From NCBI GenBank assembly GCA_051294375.1, contig CM119269.1, positions 15,201,918 through 15,265,917 of the forward strand: DNA of 64,000 nucleotides, read 5' to 3'. Positions 49,201-61,200 of this stretch are shown here, piece after piece. How positions within the stretch are numbered: the stretch's first letter is position 1; the number at the start of each line of letters is the position of its first letter. Below the pieces are notes generated by a model, which was not told the DNA's origin, ran no database searches, and worked only from the letters and a program-made list of their open reading frames with translations. The position numbers and the translations under genes were made by a program. This DNA is from Paraspadella gotoi (Eukaryota > Animalia > Chaetognatha).

Positions 49201-52200
49201 AAAGTTTCATAGATGTCGGTCTAAACGCTTCGGAGAAAATAAGAAGAAGGATGAAGAGAGCTGATAAAGGGAGAAGGGAGCACGTACCACCCCGATTTTG
49301 TACCAGTAGACTTTTTTCATGATTTGAAAATTTTTCTCATAAAAAAGGAAAGAGAAACAGCCTGAGCCGAAAAAAAAAAACCCGAGGGCCGAAAAGAAAA
49401 ACCGAGGGTCGAAAAGCCGCTCTGTTTAGGGAAGAAGAGGATAATAGAAAAAGAGAAAAATCAAACAAAAAATGTATAGAATGAGAAGCAGTTGGATAGG
49501 CTCCACGTACGATCGACGTCTTTTAGACAACGAAATCTGAGCTTCATTAATTACCATCTTTCTTGATCTCATTAGTTAGTATGAAGCTTACTTCATTTAA
49601 AAAAACGGTAGTCTCAAGTTATCTCCTTCTTATCACTTAGAACTTCCCAGGTAAATTTCTATGAGTTAAAAACACGGTAAGACATGGTTTCTTCAATGAT
49701 TGTTTATCTAATCTCATTAACTTCGTAATTTTAGATATAAGTATGTTCGAATTTTTATGGTATAGATCATTTTTAAAGATCGAATTCCTCATAAGAATCT
49801 TCACGTCTTTTACTTACATAAATGTTTTTAGGTAAGACGCCACATTATCTGATACAATTTTTTTTTCTTCATACGCTTTCCCTGATTCTTTTTCTTCACT
49901 TCTTTTCTTCTCTTTCTTTATATTTTCCTCTTCCTCTTTCCTCCCTTACTTCTCAATCTGCCACTTACCATTTTTTGGCCCCTACCTTTTTCTGCCATTC
50001 ATGCACTTTCCTCACCTTTTTTTTCTCCTTCTCTCTTTCCCTTTCTTTTCCCCTCTTTTTCTTTCCAATTTTCCCCTCATTTCCTACCTTTTATTTGTCT
50101 CACTATTTTTTCCCCCATTTGCCTATGGAGATGGTTTTAACCAATCCGTATTTTGGCCTAATTTATATTATGGTGCAAATTAAATTAATTTTGTTAATAG
50201 TAACTGAACAATACTGGAAAAAGTAGTTTTTTCTCTGAATGCGAGGATCGTAAGCAGAGGCGATAACAAAAGAAGTAAAAATAAAAAGGAAAACTGTATG
50301 AAACAAGAGATAATTAACAAGGATAGTAAAGGATACTTTCAGAATCATGAGGCCGCATTGGAAAATGGATGAGGTTGAAATCCGAAGAGGAAGCCCTTGC
50401 TTAAACGGAGAGAGTGGTGTCAGGAGAGAATGGTAGCAGAGGGAAATAATGGTAGGTGGGTAAGGGATGAATCATCGCCGCCCAAGATGACGACGACGGA
50501 CAGAGAAAAGGCGCGCGCGCGAGCACCGCTGGTGGGCGAGTGGCTGAAAAACGAGGTCGGGTCGCGGAACGAGGGGGAGAGTGATTAAAATCTAAAGTGG
50601 TAACATCGGGCGGATTGAAAATTATAGAAACCGACCCATGAGGATTTGGATCGAGGGAGGGGAGAGGTGCATGGGAAGGCGCACTCGGGAGCCAACGGGA
50701 GTTTAGGGAGAAGCAAAGGAGGAGATGATTAAGGGAATAAGGGGAAGTCTTGAGAGGATTTCTACGCCACGTAAAACAACCAATGAGATCCTCCCATATC
50801 CACTTCAGTGTGATTTATGAATAACTGCCTCGAGTCGCTGCCGACTTTTTTTTTTCTTCGCTCGCAAAGTTTCAACATTCTGTCTCCGTCGCTCTCCTCT
50901 CCAGACGATCTCTGTCTTCACTGATGTTTTATTCCGCCCTTTCTGCAATGAATTCTGTCTTGGCATCTCTCGTTTCTTTTGCCGATTCGATGAGTCAGCG
51001 ATAAATCTTTTTCAGTCGGGCTTCGCGATATATAAACAAACGGTTCAAAGCTACTGTCATTCCGTGTTAACCATTGTCATTCGCCTTCGATTGCTTTTGT
51101 TCTTTTTATTGTTTCATAAGGTACATGCGTTCTTTTGCGTTAGTTTTTGGTGTTAATTTTTCTTACCTAGTAGTTTGCTCTGTTCTTTTGTATTTGATTT
51201 TTAGTATAAGTGTGTTTCTCTAAAACTTCCTTATTTTACGATATCTAGAAACGTGAATGATATTTATTTAAAATTGAGGGAGAAAAGAACACCTTAAAAG
51301 AGGTATAAATCCAGTTAGATCGCACACGTTTCCCGACCACTCGAGCCCCTAGGCGACGAAAGAATGTTTTTGCTTTTGCCATTTTCTCGCGATCTTTTGG
51401 CGTCATCCCGTTGGGAGAGGACGCGCGACGACACATATCAGATTCTCTTTTTTCTGGCGCGTGACGACGAGTCGTATCGTGCCCCTTTTGTTTGGTTCAT
51501 TTTTGTTTTCCTCCTTTCCATCTTCTAAATGGATACGCGGTCGTCGTTTTCTGACTGTTTCCATTTTTTATATTAGTGTGCTTCTTTTTTTCGAGACGAT
51601 TTTTTGTGACTTTTTTAATAAGTAGGTAGGTGCAGTTTCACAACCATAAATAGAAAAGAAGTATCAAAAAAGGAAAGAAACTGACTAATTTATAATCATT
51701 TGACGTCATCTTAAAGGAAGACGACAATTTTATACATATTTAATACAAACGTTAAAATAAGGAACCGACATGAGAGATTAAAATTTAGAAAATTTAGAAC
51801 CTGAACTGATAAAATCTCTTTTGTAATCTCTAAAATAAATTTGTAAAATTAAAACATTCTCAATTTCATCTAATCTCTTAAAATGTGTTATTTCGGTACT
51901 GCACCATAGCTTTTTCTTCCATTTATTTTACTATAGCCCTTATTTTATTTTTTATTTATTTTATTTTACTCCTGTCAGTCCTTTCTCATCTTTCGCTTCA
52001 ACAATTTTTCTAATCTAAAATTCTCATCCTAATCCGAAAAAGCGACAAAACCAACACGTAATGTACTGTACATTACACAGATCAGAAGTCACTTCATTGT
52101 TTTTCTCGACTGATTTACCATATTGAGACGACAACAAAAATGTCTTATCTAAAAACCGAAAACCAGTCGATATTTTTCTCTCCAAAAATCAGTCCCCGAA

Positions 52201-55200
52201 ATATAAAATACAATACAATAGTGAATAAACGAGACTGTGAGAGAGTCTTGATTGAAAGCTTGCAGGGACCTGCTATGTCATTATCTTGTAAGAGTGATGG
52301 TGGCCTTAAATCACCAAAGCCTGTCCAAAGTTAGGGGCAAGATAGATATTTATTAAATGAATGGATAATTTTGTTTATTGGTTGTACCAATTTCATACAA
52401 TACAATACAATCCCGAAATATATAAATATATTTCAGAGACAGGAAGTTCTATTACTTTAAAATCAAGTAATTGTAATCTTTTAAAACCCTTTCAGTTTGT
52501 CTAGACCACCGAACTCTTTCCATCTCCACAATTAAATCGGTCATTTAATGAAATTTACTCTTGCGCCCCCTTCTAAATGGATTTACCAACTTACCGGGTG
52601 TTTTTTTGGGCCCACGGCCAGAAGGTTCCTCTTTCAGTTTCTCCTTTACGGGCGTAGACGGTAAAGGTGGGGCGGGTTTTTTCGGTTGCGGTCCGCCGGT
52701 GGCCGCTTCCGGTGGGCGCGTCTTGGCGGGCGGCACCTTGACATCCGGCTTGGACGGAGGCGCGGATTTTGCGGACGGAGGTGGCGCCTTTTTCGTCGTC
52801 GCCGCGGGTTGTTTCTGATCGAGTTTTTTTGCGGGAACTTTGTCGTCTTCTTTGGGCGCCGAGGCCGTTTTGGGCTCGGGTCGCGGCGATGGCTTTCGCG
52901 GTTGGTCCGCCGCCTTCTTGGCGACGGCAGCCGATTCCGGTTTGGAAGTCTTGGGTTCGGACTTGACCGGAGGGGCTGTAGACCTCGGTTTCGCTTTGTC
53001 TTTTGCGGATTTGGCGATGGGCTTTGGGACTGTAACCGCGGAGTCGGGCTTGGGAACAGCCGCTTTCGCTTCGGGTTTCGAGTCCGAAGATTTTGAGTCG
53101 GGTTGTTGGGCGGCTGCCCCTTTCGGGTCGGGCTTCGGGATAGGAGTTTTCGAGTCGGGTTTCGGGGCAGAAGTTTTCGAATCCGGTTTTGGGGGAGGGG
53201 TTTTCGACTCGGGCTTCGGAACGGGGCTTTTCGTCTCTTGTTTGATCGGGGGTTGAAGCTTTGGGGCGGATTTGACTTGAGGGGAGCCCGGTCTGCGAGG
53301 GGGAGTTACGTTTCGGCCGGCTGGCGCTGGCGAAGACGATTTCTGCAGAAACCAGAAAATAAATTTGAACGCGTTTTGCTAATATTGGAGTCCAAATTTT
53401 GCATTAATAAGAACGTGTAAAATAACCCATGATCACCAAATACCCAACTCCCTTGCCACGGTCACCTTCTTTGGCGGCTCGCTGATGGTTCTCCTGTGCG
53501 CCTTCTTCTCCCCTGCCGAGTCACTCGCCGAAGAGCCGGACTTTCCTATAAAGAGAAAACGAGTTTCAGTAATTAGTCTCGAAAGAAAAGAGATAAAACG
53601 AAAAAAACGAGATGCAACGAACGAAGTCGAAGAAAAAAACAAATTAAGAAAAAGGGTCATTCAACTCAACTTCGAAATAGGCCAAAATGGAGTACAAATT
53701 CAGAAAGCTGACCTCCTGCCGATTCCGAAAATGTATTCACTTTAAACATTTGATGCATTCTACGCCATTTTATATCGGTTTTAATTATAATATAAAATAA
53801 AAGAAACCTATCTGAAGAGTTGCAGCACAAACGAAAAGGCCAATCCATCTGATATTTTTTATGAATTTTTTATTAGTGAATTCGAAAAATGTAATAGAGA
53901 GACATTTTTAAATTTCAACTTGTATCATTGAAAATGAAACATTTTTAAACTTTAACCCTGAATTCTTCATAACTGGAACGCATTTAACAAAATGTCTCTC
54001 TATTACATTTTTACAAATGTTTTTAAGATAGCTAATCAAATTTTTAAATCAATATTATAGCAGTCGTTTAGGCTGCAACTCTTCAAATTCAGTATAGATT
54101 CATTATAGCTCAAATTTCTTTACCATCTATTTAACTGAAGATTTTGTTCATGACTGGAAAACCAACAGAGTAACAAGATTAATTGTTTAATTCCCCCCTT
54201 CTAAATTTGCCTTTACCGTGTTTTAACTTGTTACCTAGAATTTTTTAACAATCAGATTGAAAAACAAATCTTTAAAAAATGTGCTTACCCATTTAACTTA
54301 ACAATTTTGTTATTTACCGATTTAAAAAAAATGATTGAAAACAGAATGTTTACATATAAATAAAAACTTATTTTTTTGTGATTACTGATGACTATAATGT
54401 ATTTCTCGATGTATTAGCTCTAATACATCAAAGATTACGCATTGTTATGCTGAATGACCTTTCCTCTTAAGAAGAGAGAGAGACAAACATTACGGATGAG
54501 AAGTGACTTTAAAAAGACACTCCTTTTGAGGCGATTATTTCCTGTAAAAAAAAAAACTCTCACGGTAAGCCGTTCATAAAAAAGTATAAATTAAATGCTT
54601 TACCAGGTTCTCTGGCATGATGTGATGCTTTGAGAGGCTGTCTCGGCTGAGAAAGTCGGTCAACGCTTTGCTTGATGGAGGACTTCAGAGCGGATCTGTC
54701 GATAGAGGCGCTTTGCGCACGTAGTCCCTTGGTTTTGTCTGAATCGCCCAATTAGTCAAGGGAAAAAAAAAATTTTGTTGTTTAAAATTGCGGAAAATCG
54801 ATAGAGTCATAGACCTTATTATTTCTAAACTTTCTCCTTAAAAAAATCGTAATGCAAACGAAAAATTTAAGGAAGAGATAATCGTTGGCTGTGGGTAGAA
54901 TTAATGAATGTACGCAAATAAAAATTGGATGCAATGAGTTAAACGACATCAAAGCAAAATAAAGTCGAGTATAATTTACGCGGAGAATCACTTACGAGTG
55001 GACAAATACGCTATTTTGTCACGCGTTGGTTCAAGACAATCACATCGACAACGACGCAAGCGATTAATGGATGACGATGAAAACAAAAACAAAGCGAAAT
55101 GGTTCCCTTTGGGGAGCGAAAATAAAATTCACACAGATAAAGGTGAATATAAATTAGAGGCTGTTTTTTCTTTCCGAATATGAGCTAAAAACAAAGGCTA

Positions 55201-58200
55201 AAACGAAAGCGCTGTAAAATAAAATCACTTTAATTTTTAGCCGCTAAAGTGTAAATACAATTTACTGCGAATGAATGATGGTAAATTTGTAATGCACTTG
55301 GGTGGAATGAAAATTTCACTTACCGTAGCGACTGATAGCTTTGGGAGAACCCGGGGCAAAGCAAAGGCCGCACATATCGTAAATCGGTTTACACATGGAG
55401 GCCCCCACTGCCCATAATACATTCCCTAAAATCAGACTCGAGAAAATTAGAAACAAAAAGGAAGATAGGGAAAGACGAATTGGAATCAGAAAGAATGATT
55501 AGAAGAAACGGAGAAAGAAAATGAGACAGGATAAGGGAAAGAGCAAAGAAAAAGAGGATGGAGAGTGAGTGAGCGAGATAAAAAGAACTCCGAGGAATAT
55601 AAATGAACTTCAAAATGAGAGGAAAAAAATTATGAAGTAACGATGACATTAAAAATACTAACATAAGTAGTTCTAGTGGTTTAAATTTAAACCGCACCAT
55701 TATAATAAATATTTTCAAATTGAAAGAAAATAAATATAATTTTCTTAGCTTCCTTGCTTCTAATCATTGAAAGTTTTTAAAATCTATTAAAATCATTTTA
55801 CTACTGTAATCTGCAAAACATTTCATTATATAAAAATATTAAAATATAGGCATATGCTTCTAACGCCAATAACATTCTTAAATATACAATCAAGGTTTAG
55901 AGTCAGTAAGAATATTCAGTTTAATAAAATAACAAGTTCATGCAAATTCTACGAGATATCAAAAACTTTTAGGCATATTTAAATATAAAGATACAAAGGG
56001 AGTAATCAGCCAACGATTCATCATACTTCCAGTAAAATGGTTTCCATGCACGCCCTAAGTAAATATACTCAGTTTTTCTTTCCATTTTCATGCTTTATCG
56101 AAAACCGGAGTACAAATAAAAAATATAACATTAGACCTTAAATAAATTCTAACTTACTAAAATATTTTTCGGTAAATAATCTCCGTTATTTCTTAAGTAA
56201 AGGAGGGCCAATTTTTTGTTTGTCCTAGCAAAGTAGTAAACCCCTAGAATAATAACTTTAAAATACAAACTTTAATTTTATGCTGACATTAAGTAACAAA
56301 AGTTGAATATAATTCTAACAGCTGCTACAACTACTTTATAAATAAATTAACAAACTTAAACTCATAACTTATTATGCAAACTTTATAAACTAAACAAGAA
56401 GCAGTCAGTTCTCCCATATTTATAAATAATTTAAGTATTGTTAAATGTAATCGCATTCCTCTAACACATTACGTATAAAACTACCAAATAAAGTTTGCCG
56501 CATTCGTCGACAAGGAGATGATAGGTGGAGATCATTTCACATCGTTTAATATTAGTAATTTTATCTGTCATTTTTGTTGAAAAAAAATAGTTTTAAATAA
56601 CTGACCAACCAAAAAAATTTACAAACTGCGCTTATAAGCCAAGTTCAAATCCACACAAAAATCGATGAATGGGAATATCTAAAAATAATATACGAAATAA
56701 AAATATAAAGACTATAATTTTTTATTCAAAAATTTGTAAAGTTAAGACAATGCTTTAAAACATAATAAATTCTAACAATTTTGTATATTTAAAAGATATC
56801 AGTTATTTAAAACGATTCAAATAATCATAAAAAGGTTTACATAAAATGATAAATTTCTCCTTAAAAATTACATTGAATATTTAGATTATTATTAAATATT
56901 CAATTCTTTCTAATTTTTAATCTTTATACTCATTTAAAAAAGAACAAATGCAATACCAACTCTACTCCGAAAAAAAATATGGGGATAGTTTGAACGGGAC
57001 TTTTTCGTCATGCTACAAAAGCTCTTTATAATACATTAAAGAATAAGAAAAGATCGGAGGTATTTAAAAATACCTTATTTTTTATACGTTATTGACATAA
57101 AAGAAAAGAAAAGAAAGAAACCCTCACCTTGATATCGGTCAACAGATCGTGAAATACGAGCACTGGAAGCCGTTGTATGCGCTGCATAGTTTGGGACAGA
57201 ATTGTTAGAGAGATATAAAGGTTCAGAAAATTCACCTTGACTTCCAGGCCTTTTTTTCCTTAAACCACTGTCACTATCACTCGATTTTTCGTTCAGCTTT
57301 CCAACACTGCTATATTTCCAATCTTCCCGATGATCCAAATTTGAATCATTTGATTGAGCTCGTGAAGATGTAGAAAGCCTCGGAGCACTGTTAGCCCTTT
57401 TAGTATAATTTGATCCATATCCGGATTTTTTTGCGTCACTTTCTTTAATTAAAATCATACTTCCACCTTGAAAGCTCGACGAGATAGGAACAGGATCTAA
57501 AAAGGATTTTGAAAGAAAGAGAAAAATTAAATTAACAGGATAGGACCACATACCGTCTTTTTATTATTATTACAGCTTGGCACCAAAAAATACAAACAAA
57601 ATATTTTATTGGTTTGAAAAAATATTTTTTTAAATAATGAAAAGACAGGATTGAGCCATCTGAGCTAAGTGAAGTGAAAAGAAAAGAAACGGTATAATTT
57701 TATTTTAAATGGTTAAAAAAAGAAAAACATGGTTGGCTTTGACAGTGAGTGATAGTGACAATGGCAATTGGAATTTGAAAATAATTATGCTATTAACTTA
57801 CTTCAGTTGAATCAGTAAAAGTGACGAGAATTTTTAAATTCACAGTACGGATTAAAATGTCAAGTATGTCAGGACAGCGTTTCTGAGTACGATTAAGCTA
57901 AGTGCATTGTAAAAACAAAAGAGAAACGGAAATTAAAAGAGAAACGGAAATTAAAAGAAAAACGAAACTTAAAAGAAAGAAAAAGAGATCGACACATAAT
58001 TTTGAATTTCCGAAAATAAGAAACAAATACAGACAAAATCAACTAAAAATCACAAGTATATATACGAGGCCTCCATGGTTTTAAAAACCCTAACAGAAAC
58101 ATACCTTTGAATCGGGGACATCGCCGTGAGAGTACCAAAGTCAGTTTAAATCGACTAAACTAGCGCTAAATCTAATCATTACCGGGAGAACTGGGCGAAA

Positions 58201-61200
58201 GATTGTAACGACTTCCAAAGGCGACGGCAGTGGCGGGCATGAGATGCCACTCTTTTCGACGCGACCCTTCAGGACTGAGGTTGAGCATCGAACTCGAAAG
58301 GCGAGGGGAAACGCGGTGACGCTGAGGCGGTTGCTCTTGCGGCGACGACGACGACCCTTTTCCAAATTGACGGAGATATGAAATAAAAAATCCTCTGAAT
58401 CGGCCAAAAATTGAACGTTACGAACGGAAGAGCGCTTAGGCAAGCACCGTTTGCAGTCCCGATCGGGGAAAAATTTTCCAGCTCGATTTCGAATTAATTA
58501 ACAATTACGCGCACAGTCCCCGCATTTCGAATACGTCATTTGAAAAGACGATGAGCGCGGAATAAAAAAAATGATGGCAAAGCGGGAATGGGTAGGGCGC
58601 TTTAATGAATAAGATGAAAATAGCTTAAGAGTAAATGTGCCATCGCAGCATCCTTATGGAAAAGCATGCTCAAACACGCACAGTATAGATACTCTGCTAC
58701 GGCGACTTTCGCAAAAGCATATATTTTTAGTAGAAATCTCTTGCAAAAATACAGACGTGTCTGACAATGAGGGAAGATATGCGGTAAGCAATATCCTATT
58801 ATCTCGTTTCTCTTCTTTCGTATTATCTATAATTAATTATCATTAATTGGTTATAAATTATATTCAACTATAGATGTTCAAAAATAAATCGTACCTGACA
58901 TGAGTTTATCATTTGTTTAATTATTCAATGAATTAGATAAATCTTCGTCACTCATTGCCGAAAGTTTAACATAAGGAGACGGACAGACGGACAAAGTAAA
59001 TTTACTCCGAGCCTCGCAGTACCGCTCAGTTAACTAAAACCGAAACCTGAGGTAGACGAAGGTAAAAATTGCGATCTCTGTCGACTTCTCGGGGAGGTCA
59101 AGGTTTCCCCCCGAATGACCGCAGGAGAAGGGATCTCGATCGCTTCCCAGGGAGCCTGACAGACGCTGCGCGGGCGAGGCTGCTTCGGCCGGGGCGGTGA
59201 GCGCAGCAGGTGCGAAGCTAACGGTTCCTTCTCGGTAAGACGGTGAAGATCCAAACAAGATTGGCTAGACACTGGAAAGTCGACGGCGAACAATAAAATC
59301 CGGGATTAAACCTTTATTTTTAACTTTTATTTTTAAAAAGTTAATTATAAAAGGACACCACGTCTCTGATGGTTGAAAAAATTATTAAAAAATGAGCTCT
59401 GAATTTAATTTAAAATCATACTATTAAATTGTTATGATGTAGATACAATAAAAGCGAAGAAAACACTCCATAAACTTTTAAAAAATTTAAAATAAAATTA
59501 GAAATGCCAACAAAAAGCGGTCCTATACTATTAGTTTTACTTTTTCCGTACGTAACATTAACAGACTTAATGTGACTCAATGTGTCCGAAAGATCTTTGG
59601 ATATAATCGACCTATCTACAATTTTTGATAATCGTAGAAAAACCTTCATCTCAAAGATTTATACAATGAAAATTATTGTTCTTCAGAAACTAGTTCCGTT
59701 GTTTACAACATAAGAACAATTTATAATTGTTAACTTTTTTTTCCTTCTCTATTTTCGTTTGCAAAGACAGTATGTTTGTTGATGATGATTGTACTGAATC
59801 AACCTTGTTGTATTCGAATAAAATCGCATATATATGTGGATAAGGCGCTAAGGAATGGAAGCAGCCATGGAACGGGTCCTGGGCTTGGAACCACGCCCCC
59901 AAGGCGGCTTACGGCCGTCCTCACGCTTCCCGCAGGGTAGGTACCGGATTGGGATTGAACCCAGTACCTAGTGGTTATGAGCTTTACTCAATGAGCCAAC
60001 GGGTCACGACTGAAGATGTCATGCAATGCACGACTAAATATATTAGTTATCATGTTTCGGATATATAAATTCTTTTTATTTTCAACTTTTTTTTCCTTTT
60101 TAATGCTTAACCCTTTTAAAATATATTTTCGTTTAGTGTATTGTTTCCAAATGCTATTATAAATTTTACTTCATTAAAAGTGCACAGAACAAAAAATATT
60201 CTTGTTTTTATTGGATCGTTATTACTTAACGCAATGACCACGAAACCAACAGACAGAAAAGTTTCTTATAATTTCACGCCTGTAGTGTAGCCGTGACTAA
60301 AAATTTGACAAATTCAACCTATCAGGGACGTTGGTCCAAATAATATTTAATCAGTTACGATACATGAAATTTATAATATAAATTATTCCCAGTTAATGAC
60401 TTATTTCGTGTTGAAACCTATAACACATTCCATCACTATAGAAAGAGTATTGCAGAGAAGGCTTTCGCGGCACGGCGTGGAAAATTGCGTGGAATGGTCG
60501 TCGTCCCCGCAACGCATGAGCGGCCATGATGTCGCCGATGAAAAACCAGCGAAGCGAGACTAGGCGAAAAGCGCAGCGCTAATGCGATTTATTTTATTTT
60601 ATCTTTTTATCTATGGCTTGCTCTTTGGGTTTTCAAGTTTACCGTAACTTCGACGCCGATTAACTGTGTTAGGAAAGAGATTCTGAAGCATATTTCCGAC
60701 TAGTTGTTAGTCAGAGAAATATTTCATCGAGTATAAGATGTTCATACATTCATATCAAGTTCTATTTACTATAACAATGATGCGAAAACAGACGAGGTGA
60801 ATCAAACCGTCTGACGCGAGTAACGGCGGACAAAAACAAAATCGCTCTTCGTCTTACCTGCTGAAAGAAGCGAAAGGACGAATAAACCATAACACTGATA
60901 ACATTGAACATCAGACCCAAAATGAGTAGGAAAAGAGCCTCAAGAAAAAAATATGGCTTGAGCCACAAGAAAGGGCGGAGACGGAGAACGGATCAAACCC
61001 ATCTTAAACGGGAAAAAAAGTCACAAAATGAAGGGACGGTCGTCCTTCATCTTTCCTCTCTCCCCCTAAAGATTCTTTCCACCATCTTCCCTCTGACAAA
61101 AGCGCAAGGACGTCCTTGACGAAGACGGATCTCTGGCTTGTAAGCTTGTTCGTCGCAAAATACAACAAAAATTTAACTAAAACGAATTAACAAAATACAT

